Shown: positions 9,669 to 19,723, numbered from the stretch's first letter. The stretch: 64,000 nucleotides of DNA from Candidatus Latescibacterota bacterium (GCA_965219385.1 CBDCNM010000002.1:2102936-2166935), one strand, 5' to 3'. Program-made: numbers and translations. Notes: generated by a model from the sequence alone, not told the origin.

Positions 9669-11039
9669 CTACAGTACCAGTTCGTCCATGGGGGCCCATT
9701 CGCTGCGGCGCGGATCCCAGCGCGTGCCGCACTTGTCGCTGATCACCACCCACTCGCCGGCGCTGAGATTGCCCTGGTGGTGGTAGTTGAAACGCCGCAA
9801 TCCCGCCGCCGCCGCCGCGTCCAGCAGCATCTTCAGATCCCGGGCCGACATGGGGTCGCCGTCGTGGGGAAAGCGCCCGGTGTCGAGCCAGGGGACGATG
9901 CGCTCGGGGTCGTCCACCGCCGCCAGCGCCCGTCTGGTCTCGAGGGTGACGACCTCCTGGAAAAACTCGGGACCCAGGGCGGTCTCGAAATCGGCCATGT
10001 CTTCCACTCCGGGCAGCACAATGCCGAACAGGGCTTGCACGATGTCCAGGGTCTCGGCCACGCTCAGACCCGGATTCCACTCGCACAAAGTCTGGCTGTA
10101 GCGGTACACGGTGCCGATGAAACCATCGAAGCCGCGCTGGAAGAAATAGTGCTTGGGCAGGAGGAAATCCATGAACTGCGCCAGCTGGGCAAAATCGTAG
10201 CCGCACAGCGGTGCAAAGGCCGCCGAGCGCGGGCCGCAGCCGAGGCGAATCGGACGCTCCAGCTCGGCGGCGAGGCCCTGGCGCACCCGCCGAAAATAGC
10301 GCGTGAGCGACTCGACCCGGAACGACAGCCAGGCCATCAGGTCGGGATCGGAGCCGAACAACTGGTAGGCCCCTACCAGACCACCCCGAGCGTGGAGGCG
10401 AACCCGGGCCGGGTCGAAATTGTGGAACAACTCCAACAGGCGATCCCGGGCGGCGCTCATGGCCGCGTAGTCGTACCCCAGGTCGGCCGCCATGGGCGCC
10501 ACGGCCTCGGGCAGGTCGTTGAAGAAGTAGGAGCGGTGGTTCATGTGGTGCGGGGCCATCTCGTAGCCCCACTCGGGCCCGTCCATTACCGCGCCGTCCG
10601 CCATGGGGAAGTGTTCGAGAGTATCGACCATGCGCGCCACCCGCGCTGCCATGGTCTTGTCGTCGTGCATGTAGTAACCACCATCTCCTCCCGGGCCGCT
10701 ACCGCCGTCGGCGTACATGATGTAGACTTCCATGCCGCGGTTCTTGGCCGCCGTCATGGTCTTCTCGAGCAGGGCCCGCTTCTCGGGCAGCCTGTGCTCC
10801 GGCGCCTGGGGCGCCTCGACGCCGAGGCGCTGGTAAACGGCGGGGTTCGGATCATAGGCCGCGGCCACGGGTTCGCCGGTGGGCGCGGCCTGGGCATCCT
10901 TGGATAGTTTGGGAGTGCCGAAGACGAGGGGCCCGAAGACGACGCCGTCCACACCGCCTGCGCCCCAGGCGTCGAGGATGCGTTCGTGGTCGTTCATCAC
11001 GCTTTCAAGATCGCGCATTACATCCATCCATAGTTTCAT
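9669..11039 (-). CDS. Hypothetical protein, possible TIM-barrel
   Basis: 456-aa ORF with protein-like composition, RBS-like GGAGATAAG, co-oriented with neighbours. Confidence 0.75.
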   Translation of the reverse strand: MKLWMDVMRDLESVMNDHERILDAWGAGGVDGVVFGPLVFGTPKLSKDAQAAPTGEPVAAAYDPNPAVYQRLGVEAPQAPEHRLPEKRALLEKTMTAAKNRGMEVYIMYADGGSGPGGDGGYYMHDDKTMAARVARMVDTLEHFPMADGAVMDGPEWGYEMAPHHMNHRSYFFNDLPEAVAPMAADLGYDYAAMSAARDRLLELFHNFDPARVRLHARGGLVGAYQLFGSDPDLMAWLSFRVESLTRYFRRVRQGLAAELERPIRLGCGPRSAAFAPLCGYDFAQLAQFMDFLLPKHYFFQRGFDGFIGTVYRYSQTLCEWNPGLSVAETLDIVQALFGIVLPGVEDMADFETALGPEFFQEVVTLETRRALAAVDDPERIVPWLDTGRFPHDGDPMSARDLKMLLDAAAAAGLRRFNYHHQGNLSAGEWVVISDKCGTRWDPRRSEWAPMDELVL

Positions 11040-11198
11040 ATTCTCTTATCTCCATGCAGGGTCTGCGAAGCTTTTCAAGTTGACCGCGGTTGGGGGAAAT
11101 TGCTCGGAGGACCTTTTTGTCGGTCGTGACAAGCGGCAGGCCCAGTGCCCGAGCTAAATGAAGACAATACTGGGGGCGATGTCGGCATAAATGGCCTC

Positions 11199-12041
11199 TC
11201 AGAGCGAAAGAATATCCCGCCAGTCGTGCTGTTCCTTCCAGCCCAGCCGGGCGCGGATCTTTGCGCTTGAAAAGAGGGTATTATCCGATGCCTTGAGTGG
11301 CGGTACGGAGAAGCGCTCGTACCCATGCTTTTTCAGCAGGTCCGCCTGGTTCGCCTCCTGGTGCACGTTTTCGGCTGCCAGATTAAACACCTCCGCCCCC
11401 TGGTGAGCCGCTTCCAGCCAGGCAAGGCACGCCGTGCCCACGTCGCGGGCGTCGACGTAGGACCAGAGGCAGTCGTCGCCCAGTGCTTCGTCCTCCACGA
11501 AGCGCTTCAGCTTGGCGCGGCCGTAGGGATTGTCGTAGATGATGCGCGAGAGACGGAAGCCGGCGATGGACATGCCGTGCCAGCGACAGTAATCCTCGGC
11601 CAGTCGTTCCAACAGGATCTTGGCGCAGCCGTAAATACCCGGTGGAGTTAGGGGACTCTCCTCGGTTACCGGCAGAGAAGGGTGGCTTTTTAAGTCCCCG
11701 TACACCTCGATGCTCGAGGCCCAGGCAATCCGCTTGATGCCGACGTTCCTGGCTGCCTGGAAGACGTTGAAACCGGCCGTTGCCACCAGGTGGAAGGCCT
11801 CGGTGGTGGAAAACCAGGCGTCCCCGGGCGGACTGCCGAAATGAATCACGCCGTCCGCACCGGCAAATGCGTCGTTCACCCCTTCCGCATTGCGGAGATC
11901 GAGCTGGACGTACCCCGGACCCTCGGCATCGGTCCAGGGATGCAGGTCGAGGCGCACCGCATCATAGCCGCGTTCCCGCAGCACGGCGACGATGCTGGTC
12001 CCGGTCCCGCCTTTTGCTCCGGTGACGATGATTTTTTTCAT
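11199..12041 (-). CDS. NAD-dependent epimerase/dehydratase (extended SDR)
   Basis: TGAKGGTG, ASS, YGCAK. Confidence 0.88.
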   Translation of the reverse strand: MKKIIVTGAKGGTGTSIVAVLRERGYDAVRLDLHPWTDAEGPGYVQLDLRNAEGVNDAFAGADGVIHFGSPPGDAWFSTTEAFHLVATAGFNVFQAARNVGIKRIAWASSIEVYGDLKSHPSLPVTEESPLTPPGIYGCAKILLERLAEDYCRWHGMSIAGFRLSRIIYDNPYGRAKLKRFVEDEALGDDCLWSYVDARDVGTACLAWLEAAHQGAEVFNLAAENVHQEANQADLLKKHGYERFSVPPLKASDNTLFSSAKIRARLGWKEQHDWRDILSL

Positions 12042-12120
12042 GACAGCTCCGCGTGGTTTCTGGTCCTCTGGACTGGAAACCATAATATATTTATTTCCTC
12101 AGGCGCCCCCAACCCTCCGG

Positions 12121-13191
12121 TCATCCGGTTTCAATTTCGACCCGTCGACCATCCCGGTCGGATGCGTAGGCCGCGTCGATCACGCGGGCTACCTGGAGGG
12201 CATCGCGGCCGCTGGCCGGCGCGGTGCCGTCTTTGTGCCCGGCGCGGATAAAGGCGCGGACGAAGCTCTCGCCGTGGACTCCACCGTACGCAGGCGAGGC
12301 GGCCAGGGCGAAATCGAACTCGCGCTGGGGCGCCCCCGCCCAGGCGGGGTGGGATGTTTCTACGGAAAGGTGGTGGGTCTGGCCGCCACTGGACCAGTAC
12401 ATGCGGCCGAGCTGGCCGTTCAGGCCAAAGTAGGTGTCGTAGCCCCTGGAATTGTGATAGCCGCTCCCGCTCAAAGCCAGGGTGTAGCCGGCGTGCAGAG
12501 AGCCGAGCGCCCCCGATTTGAGGCGCAGGGAAAGGATCGCGATATCCTCCACATCGATGGCTGCGTCGTTGCGGTTGGCGACCTCGGCGGAGACCGAGAC
12601 GATCTCGTCCTGGGTGACGTAGCGAATCATGTCGATGTAGTGACAGCCCAGCCAGGAGAGAATCCCGCCCCCAGCCCGCTCCTTGCTGAACAACCAGTGT
12701 TGTGGGTTGCGGAACCGTACCTGCGTGGTCAGCATGCGCGCCTCAACCGAAATCAGGGGGCCGAGCAGGCCCTGTGCGACCAACTCCCGCGCCTGGACGA
12801 TCAGCGGGTTGTGGCGATTCTGGTAGCAGACCCCCAGCGCCCTGTCCTGGCGCTCGGCGGCCTCGATGACCCGGGTGGTATCGGCTGCGGTTTTGCCGAT
12901 GGGTTTTTCCGCCATCAAGTGCACGCCCGCTTCCAGGACGCGGACAAAAATATCCGGGCCCAGATCGTTGCGCAGGGCGGCGATCGCAAAGAAAAGGTCG
13001 TCCTGGGCCAGCAGGGACTCCAGGTCCGTGAAGGTGGCTTCGACCTTCTCGCCCTGGGTTTGTTGGGCCTGGTCCAGGGCGTCCTGGTTTTCGTCCCAGA
13101 GGAATATGCCCTCGACTTCCGGCAGGACCTGCAAGGTACTCAGGTGGGCCCGCGAATGGGGGTGTTCGATGCCCAGAAGTACAGCTTTCAT
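12121..13191 (-). CDS. Gfo/Idh/MocA oxidoreductase
   Basis: AEKP, GGGILSWLGCHYID, VEDIA. Confidence 0.88.
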   Translation of the reverse strand: MKAVLLGIEHPHSRAHLSTLQVLPEVEGIFLWDENQDALDQAQQTQGEKVEATFTDLESLLAQDDLFFAIAALRNDLGPDIFVRVLEAGVHLMAEKPIGKTAADTTRVIEAAERQDRALGVCYQNRHNPLIVQARELVAQGLLGPLISVEARMLTTQVRFRNPQHWLFSKERAGGGILSWLGCHYIDMIRYVTQDEIVSVSAEVANRNDAAIDVEDIAILSLRLKSGALGSLHAGYTLALSGSGYHNSRGYDTYFGLNGQLGRMYWSSGGQTHHLSVETSHPAWAGAPQREFDFALAASPAYGGVHGESFVRAFIRAGHKDGTAPASGRDALQVARVIDAAYASDRDGRRVEIETG

Positions 13192-13270
13192 GGTTTGTGC
13201 CTTTCTTCGGTTTCGAGTTTATGAGGACAGTGCATCTACTCACCAATCCCACACCGAGCCATCCTCCCAC

Positions 13271-13444
13271 CGGTAGATTGCAGGACGGGGCCGCCGCGCC
13301 AGAAAGTCCCTCTAAAGATGTCCTGCCAGATGTGTTCGATCCGGGTTGCGTCCCGACCGATCAGCAGGGGTTTCAGGTGGGTTCTCAGTGCTTCACGGCC
13401 GTGGATCAACCGCTCAGCGAGGCCTCGCCAATGCCGTGAATGCC
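13271..13444 (-). pseudogene. Fragment of a mandelate racemase / galactonate dehydratase-like enolase gene
   Basis: Translates piecewise as GIHGIGEASLSG*...LKPLLIGRDATRIEHIWQDIFRGTFWRGGPVLQS, with stop and frameshift. Confidence 0.7.
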
Positions 13445-13772
13445 TTGCTTTTTATTTACAGCGAGTTACCGAAAAGGAGCAGACTCTGAAAGAAAATATG
13501 GCGCAATCCGTTCTGGTTCAACCCAGGGCGGTCAGAGGGGATGCGCCACAAGATGGCAGCCGAGACCCCTTGCCACCACCGGTCCAGGCTTTAATATTTG
13601 TTTTCGACGTCCTGATTTCGATGCTTTTGATGTCGGATAGATGGCGGCTTTCACAAGGGCTTTTCGTTTCCATGGGCAAACAACCCGGAGTAACATGAAT
13701 ATAGAGTTACGCTGTTGTGCGCCCGCGAGTAGATTGTAGGTGAATTATCCTGGTTGACAGGGCATTGAGGAT

Positions 13773-15716
13773 ATGAGCGGACACAAAGCTTCGGGGGTTT
13801 CATTGCGCGCATTGCTGATCGGCGCGCTGCTGATGGGAGTGATCTGCCTGCTCGCCCCCTGGGCGATCCTGATGGTCAAGGGATCGCAGTTGACCAGCAC
13901 GTCCATCCCCATCATCACAGTGCTGTTCCTCTTCGGATTGACCGCGGTGGCCATGCCCCTGCTCAGGGCCATCAGCCGGCGGCTGGCCTTTTCCCGATCC
14001 GAGATGATCACGGTCTACGCGATGATGCTGGCCGGTTCGGGGATCACCGTCGGCTTCACCGGCCAATTTCTCCCCCTCATCACCGGCGTCATGTACTACG
14101 CCACGCCCGAGAACGACTGGAAGGAACTCTTTGCAGGGTTTCAGCATCCCTGGCTGGTGCCCACGGACTGGGACGCGGTGCGCTATTTTTACGAAGGTCT
14201 GCCCAAGGGTATGGCCATCCCCTGGTCCGCCTGGGTGGTGCCGCTTGCATCCTGGATGAGCTTCATGTTGATCCTCTACTGGGTCGTCTTCTGTATGGGG
14301 GTGCTGCTGCGCGGCCAGTGGGTGGAGAACGAGCGCCTGCTCTTTCCGTTGATGCGCTTACCCATGGCTCTGATCCAGGACGTGGAAGATTCCCGGACCT
14401 TTTTCAGTCCGCTGCTGAGAAACCGCCTGATGTGGGTGGGTTTTGCCCTGCCCTTGCTGGTGCACTCGTGGAATTCGCTCCACGCCTACCACAACGGCTT
14501 TCAGCCGCTGGCCCTGACCGGTTCGATCAGCCTGTTGCAGGGGCAGGTGGGGATCCCCTTCCGCCTGAACTTCCCGATCATCGGGCTGGGATTTTTGATA
14601 CCGCTGAGCGTTTCCTTCAGCGTGTGGTTCTTCTTTTTGCTGGGGGTGGTCCAGCGCTGGATTTTTGCCCGCATCGGCCTGGATATCGGTGGTTCGGATG
14701 TATGGAGCTCCATCCCTCCCGGAGAGCCCTTCATCATGCACCAGCAGGCCGGGGGCATGGTGGTGCTGAGTTTGTTCGTGGTGTGGACGGCGCGCCGGCA
14801 CCTGCGCGGGCTGGTGCGGCAAGCCCTCAACGGCAACCAGGGGAAGCACGGCGAAGTCCTAGCGCCTCGCACCGCGGTTTTTGGCTTTCTGGCCGGGGTG
14901 TTTTTTCTGGTGGCGTGGTTGACCTATACCGGGCTCTCCCTGTACGTGGCCGTGCTCCTGGTACTGGGAGCGCTGATTGTGTTTGTCGGGGTGGCGCGCA
15001 TCGTCTGCGAAGCCGGCCTGCCCGGCGTCGGCTCGCCCATGGTGCCCCAGGCCTTTATCACGCGCGGCTTCGGGCCAGGAGTGCTGGGTCTGCAGAACAT
15101 GACGGGGCTGGGCTTGAGCACGGGATGGATGGGCGGGGGCGGGGTGAGCAAGATGATGGACGCGATGTTGCACACCCTCAAGTTGAAGGCCACCGAAGGG
15201 CGGCCGGACCGGCGCCTGCCGCTGGTCTTCCTGCTGGCCATTGTGATCGGCATGGCCGGGTCCATCTGGGTTACCATGAGCTTTTCTTATGCCTACGGGG
15301 GCATCAATATGCACTGGTGGTTCTTCGAGGGGGCGCCCAAGTGGCCCTTTACCTACATGGAGTCGGTGATCAACGACCCGGAACCTTCGTTTGCACCGCG
15401 GCTGCTGTTCACCAGCATCGGGGGCAGCTTCATGGCCTTGCTGCTGTTTTTGCGCCAGCGCTTTGTCTGGTGGCCGCTGCACCCCATCGGCTTTCCCATC
15501 GCCACCACCTACCCCATTGTCGCCTACGACTGGTTTGCCCTCTTCATGGCCTGGGTTCTCAAGGGAGTGATCCTGCGCTACGGCGGGGTGCGGGCCTACC
15601 GCTTCATTTTGCCCTTTTTCCTGGGGCTGGTCCTGGGCGAATTCTTCACCGCCTGCATGTGGGTTTTTATCGACGGGGCCTACGGGGTGGAAGGGAATAT
15701 GATCTTCAACTTGTAA
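13773..15716 (+). CDS. Polytopic membrane protein (DUF6785/DUF6784-like, putative transporter)
   Basis: 647 aa with many TM segments; QWVENERLLFPL and WWPLHPIGF motifs. Confidence 0.75.
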   Translation: MSGHKASGVSLRALLIGALLMGVICLLAPWAILMVKGSQLTSTSIPIITVLFLFGLTAVAMPLLRAISRRLAFSRSEMITVYAMMLAGSGITVGFTGQFLPLITGVMYYATPENDWKELFAGFQHPWLVPTDWDAVRYFYEGLPKGMAIPWSAWVVPLASWMSFMLILYWVVFCMGVLLRGQWVENERLLFPLMRLPMALIQDVEDSRTFFSPLLRNRLMWVGFALPLLVHSWNSLHAYHNGFQPLALTGSISLLQGQVGIPFRLNFPIIGLGFLIPLSVSFSVWFFFLLGVVQRWIFARIGLDIGGSDVWSSIPPGEPFIMHQQAGGMVVLSLFVVWTARRHLRGLVRQALNGNQGKHGEVLAPRTAVFGFLAGVFFLVAWLTYTGLSLYVAVLLVLGALIVFVGVARIVCEAGLPGVGSPMVPQAFITRGFGPGVLGLQNMTGLGLSTGWMGGGGVSKMMDAMLHTLKLKATEGRPDRRLPLVFLLAIVIGMAGSIWVTMSFSYAYGGINMHWWFFEGAPKWPFTYMESVINDPEPSFAPRLLFTSIGGSFMALLLFLRQRFVWWPLHPIGFPIATTYPIVAYDWFALFMAWVLKGVILRYGGVRAYRFILPFFLGLVLGEFFTACMWVFIDGAYGVEGNMIFNL

Positions 15717-15808
15717 GCCAGGGTCGCCGCGAACCGAGTCTCGCAGCAATGCCTGATTCTAGGGCTTTCTGCGCACGGACACACATACCACTCCATCCAC
15801 TTACAAAC

Positions 15809-15907
15809 TGGCGGGAACGTGTGGGAATCGAACCCACCCAGCGACACTCTCGTGCCGCCGCTACGGATTTGAAGTCCGCGGAGGCCACCAGGCTCCCATC
15901 CGCTCCC
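15809..15907 (-). tRNA. selC: tRNA-Sec (anticodon UCA)
   Basis: 99 nt; GCGGA-CT-TCA-AA-TCCGT anticodon arm, long D-stem with 4-nt TGGT loop, 9-bp variable arm with GAGA loop, GTGGG-TTCGATT-CCCAC, G73-CCA. Confidence 0.96.
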
Positions 15908-15909
15908 GC

Positions 15910-15938
15910 ACCATACCATTGCGCGATTGTCGAGTTAA
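15910..15938 (-). promoter_or_regulatory. Candidate sigma70 promoter for selC
   Basis: TTAACT-17 nt-TATGGT with extended TG, just upstream of the tRNA. Confidence 0.4.
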
Positions 15939-15986
15939 AAAAAGCGGTGCTCATTTGGTTTTAGGTAGCTATGTGGCCCGGTCCTA

Positions 15987-16225
15987 CTAGGCTGGCCAGT
16001 GCTGTTTGTATTGCTTCCAAAAGGCCTCCCAGCGCTCCGATTTGACGTGCGTCCGCAGCTGTAAGACACGCTGTCCTCCGGGCCATGACCAGCGCATCCC
16101 GGAACGACACAGCCGGGTTTTCACCAGGGATTTACAAGCCGCTTCTACGGTCTGGAGCCCATGGGCACCCCTTGCTGACGAAAGGCCCCATAGTTCACCT
16201 GCTTTTTGTTTGTGACGGTATTCAT
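15987..16225 (-). pseudogene. C-terminal remnant of an ISKra4-family transposase
   Basis: VNYGAFRQQGVPMGS / frameshift / VEAACKSLVKTRLCRSGMRWSWPGGQRVLQLR..SERWEAFW. Confidence 0.75.
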
Positions 16226-16305
16226 CACTAGGCCTTTCTGTTGAATATAGAGAAACTCCGATGCTTTTTCTATGCCTACCTGTCGTTTTCGACTATTTAC
16301 CGCTC

Positions 16306-17036
16306 GTCGGGTAGCCGGGAGATGTTGCCACCTCCCGGCCCCCTCAGAACCGTGCGTGCGACTTTCACCGCACACGGCTCAAGCAAACGGCGTCACTCCG
16401 CCTGAGCGAAGCCCTATAGTTAGGCTGCCTCGGATCATTGACCTACGGTCTCCGAGGTCTGCTTACCGCCCGAAGGCGGTATCTAGCATCCCCCTGGATT
16501 TCGTAATTCTCGCAACCTTCCATGGTCCGTTTACCTGTTGCACGTCAGCACCCTTTCGGGTTGGGTATGGCTCTATCCGGCAGGTTATGATTTCCCTTTG
16601 CCTTTCGGCGGCCGGCTTTCGCTTTTTGCAACATCCTGTGCCCGCTGAGGAATTAGCCTTTCCTTGCGGTCGGGTTACTGGTGACTTTCACCAGACCTCA
16701 TCGGGATTTCGCTTTTCCGCGTAAGTGAGATGCAACCGGCTTGGGAGCCTACTGTATACCGGGGTCTGTGGTGTGCGTCCAGGGACCACTAGAATTCCCT
16801 TCTCACTTATGACCCACCAATACGATCGTTTCAGCCACATTTCAGCCGCTAACCTTTACGATGCTTACATAGGTTCACTTTCGTTCTCCATGTCGGTTTT
16901 TGCCTTGCCCGGTTTCTGGTTTGTGGCTACCTTAACCTTAGGATTTTCACCTCAGCTTCACCCCCCCCGTTACCGGGAACGCATGTGGGGCTGGTAATTA
17001 ACCTGCACACTGGTTAAAGAACCATCACTAACTGCT
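16306..17036 (-). ncRNA. ORF-less group II intron, probably 5'-truncated
   Basis: Domain V GAGCCGTGTGCGGTGAAAGTCGCACGCACGGTTC (16380-16347), domain VI with bulged A ending CTACCCGAC, upstream DI-DIII-like sequence, no RT ORF; 5' boundary approximate. Confidence 0.85.
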
Positions 17037-17092
17037 TGATTCTACTCAACTTAAATTTCGATTTCTTTCCTTTCAACAGGAAGAACCAACTC

Positions 17093-19723
17093 ATGTTCAA
17101 CGGCTTTGCTCACCGCATCTGGTCTGCGCACGTCGCCTGTTTTCTCTCGGCGCTACTGCTTTTTTCCAATGCCCAAGGGTCGGCACAAGTAACATTGAGC
17201 GGCACCGTGCTGGATGCCGATGGCGGCATGGGATTGTCTGGAGCCAACATTGAAGTTGGAGATGCCATGATCGGCACCATCACCGATGCAGATGGCACCT
17301 TCAGAGTCGAGGTCGACCGCCTGCCTGTCACCTTGATCGTCAGTCACATCGGCTACGAGACGAACCGGGTGGTCGTCAGCGAAAACGTGCCTGTCGAAGT
17401 AATGCTGCACGCGGTGTCCGTGGAAGTGGAGGACTTGCTGATCGTCGGATCCCGCTTCGTGCCGCGCACCGCCATCTCTTCCCCGGTCCCGATCGATAAC
17501 ATAGGAGCTGCGGAACTAGCCGGTACCGGCCAACCCTCCGTCGACAAGGGGCTGACCTACACCGTCCCGGCCTACAACTCCACTCAGCAGACCATCTCGG
17601 ATGCCACGGCCCATTTCGACCCCGCCGATCTGCGCGGCCTCGGGCCCAGCCGCACCCTCGTGCTGATCAACGGCAAGCGCAAAAACCCCAGCTCGCTCGT
17701 CTATATCAACGACACCCCCGGCAAAGGCGAGGTGGGCGTGGACATGAAGAGCATCCCGACCGCAGCAGTAAAACGGGTAGAGGTGCTGCGCGACGGTGCC
17801 GCCGCCCAGTACGGGTCTGACGCCATCGCCGGCGTCGTCAACGTGATTTTGGACGACGAACCGGAAGGTACTGAAGTAGAACTCGTCTCCGGCCTGATGG
17901 ACGAGGGGGACGGCGGTTTCCGGGGCTACGAGCTCAGCACCGGATTCAAACTGGGCGGAGAGGGATTCTTACGCGTCAGCCACGGTTTTCGCGATCAGGA
18001 CGAGACCAACCGGGCACCCAGCCCTGGCCGCGATGATTTGTTCGGTGTGGGTCCAGACGAACCCTGGATTCAGGCGAACCCGGATCTGGGTATGCGGGTT
18101 GGACTGCCGAACACCACCAGCTCCGATCTCTTCTACAACGCCGGCATGACCCTGTCCGAGCAATCGGAGATCTACAGCTACGGTGGGCTCCAGTACCGCA
18201 ACGGCATCAGCTATGCTCTCTACCGCACTCCCTACTGGATCCCCGACCCGCACAACATCCACCACGACGCAGGAGAACCTTACGGTGGCTTCCATCCCAC
18301 TTTCGAGAGCGACATCTTCGACCGCACCCTCTCAGTGGGTGCGCGAGGCACAAGGGGGGAGTGGGACTTCGATATCAGCAACACTTCCGGTAGTAACAGC
18401 GTCGATTACACGGTGCGCCGGTCCCTCAACACCGACATGGGCGCCGAAAGCCCCACTACCTTCCGCACCGGCGGCTACGGATTTAGCCACAACGTCAGCA
18501 ACCTCGACATCGCCCGGCGCATCGGCGGCGCCACCCTGGCCATGGGCGCCGAGTTCCGCACCGAGAACTTCCGGGCCGAAGCGGGCGAGGAATCCTCGTA
18601 CATCGGCAGCGGCACCCAGTCCTTCCCCGGCCTGCAGCCGCAGAACGAGGTGGACGTCAACCGGCACAACGTCGGAATCTACGCCGACGTCAATTACGAC
18701 CTGACCGAGCAGCTGCTCCTCGGCGGCGCCGCCCGCCTGGAGAACTACGGCGACTTCGGCGACAACCTTTCCTGGAAATTGAACGGCCGCTATGGATTCG
18801 TGGAGGAACGGGGAGCGCTAAGGGCGTCCGTCTCCACCGGCTTCCGCGCTCCCTCGCTGCACCAGCTCTATCTGAGCAACATCCAGACGCTGCTTTCCGG
18901 CGGCACCGTCTCGAACCAGGGCACCTTCAACAACGAAAGCCCGGTCCTGCGGGCGCTGAAAGTGCCGCAACTCGAAGAGGAGAAGTCCTTCAACGTCACG
19001 GCCGGGGTAGCTCTGCGTCCGCTCAAGTCCGTGTTTTTGTCGCTGGACGTGTACCAGGTGGACGTAGACGACCGCATCGTCTACTCCAGCAGCATTGCTT
19101 CGTCGGATACCTCGTCTACCGTGGGCGCCATCCTCGGCCAGTACGATATAACCAGTCTGAAATTTTTCACCAACGCGGTCGATACGCGCACCCGCGGCGT
19201 CGACGTGGTCGCCTCCTACGCCACGGCCGTGGGCCGCGGTCTGGTCGACGTGGACCTCGCCGCCCATTTCTTCGAGACCGACATACGCGGCCAGATTAGC
19301 ACCCCAGCGCCCATTGCCGACGCCGGCGTCGAGATCTTCGACCGCAAGGAGCAGTCGCGCATTCTGACGGCCAGACCGAAAAGCAAAATCCTGCTCAGGA
19401 CCACTTACACGAGAGGAGCCCTGAGCGCGACCCTGAACAACGCCCGCTTCGGTGCCGTCACCTGGCAACACGCCGACGATCCGACCAAGGACCAGACGTT
19501 TGACCCGCGGATTATCACCGACTTGAACGTGGAGTACCGGCTGAATGAGACCGTCCGCTTGGGCGCGGGCGTCAACAACCTGTTGAACGTCTACCCGGAG
19601 AAGATCGACAACAAAGGAGATGTGTTAACCGATCTGGGCGGACGCTTCCAGTATCCCTGGGAGGTGAATCAGTTCGGTTTCAACGGCATGACCGGAGCTG
19701 TGCGTCTGCGTCTCGGTTTCTGA
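17093..19723 (+). CDS. TonB-dependent outer-membrane receptor with N-terminal carboxypeptidase-like domain
   Basis: Signal peptide, plug motifs LRGLGPSRTLVLINGKR and VEVLRDGAAAQYGSDAIAGVVN, STGFRAPSL, terminal Phe. Confidence 0.93.
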   Translation: MFNGFAHRIWSAHVACFLSALLLFSNAQGSAQVTLSGTVLDADGGMGLSGANIEVGDAMIGTITDADGTFRVEVDRLPVTLIVSHIGYETNRVVVSENVPVEVMLHAVSVEVEDLLIVGSRFVPRTAISSPVPIDNIGAAELAGTGQPSVDKGLTYTVPAYNSTQQTISDATAHFDPADLRGLGPSRTLVLINGKRKNPSSLVYINDTPGKGEVGVDMKSIPTAAVKRVEVLRDGAAAQYGSDAIAGVVNVILDDEPEGTEVELVSGLMDEGDGGFRGYELSTGFKLGGEGFLRVSHGFRDQDETNRAPSPGRDDLFGVGPDEPWIQANPDLGMRVGLPNTTSSDLFYNAGMTLSEQSEIYSYGGLQYRNGISYALYRTPYWIPDPHNIHHDAGEPYGGFHPTFESDIFDRTLSVGARGTRGEWDFDISNTSGSNSVDYTVRRSLNTDMGAESPTTFRTGGYGFSHNVSNLDIARRIGGATLAMGAEFRTENFRAEAGEESSYIGSGTQSFPGLQPQNEVDVNRHNVGIYADVNYDLTEQLLLGGAARLENYGDFGDNLSWKLNGRYGFVEERGALRASVSTGFRAPSLHQLYLSNIQTLLSGGTVSNQGTFNNESPVLRALKVPQLEEEKSFNVTAGVALRPLKSVFLSLDVYQVDVDDRIVYSSSIASSDTSSTVGAILGQYDITSLKFFTNAVDTRTRGVDVVASYATAVGRGLVDVDLAAHFFETDIRGQISTPAPIADAGVEIFDRKEQSRILTARPKSKILLRTTYTRGALSATLNNARFGAVTWQHADDPTKDQTFDPRIITDLNVEYRLNETVRLGAGVNNLLNVYPEKIDNKGDVLTDLGGRFQYPWEVNQFGFNGMTGAVRLRLGF

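Noticed and set aside
8665..10572. 635-aa Arg/Pro/Gly-rich ORF and similar long alternative-frame ORFs (e.g. 14318-15964)
   Set aside because: Off-frame overlaps of better-supported genes, with low-complexity composition.
13405..13412. UGA in the enolase fragment as selenocysteine
   Set aside because: Not a Cys position; the fragment is decayed.
15809..15907. UCA tRNA as an opal suppressor or sign of an alternative genetic code
   Set aside because: Long variable arm and D-stem match tRNA-Sec, and many genes here end normally at TGA.
16272..16997. ORFs 16272-16724 and 16725-16997 as intron-encoded proteins
   Set aside because: Antisense to the ribozyme; no RT or YADD motifs.
17006..17010. 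GTGTG as the intron 5' splice site
   Set aside because: It lies inside a TTAACC/GGTTAA hairpin and intron-like sequence seems to continue beyond it; not fully excluded.
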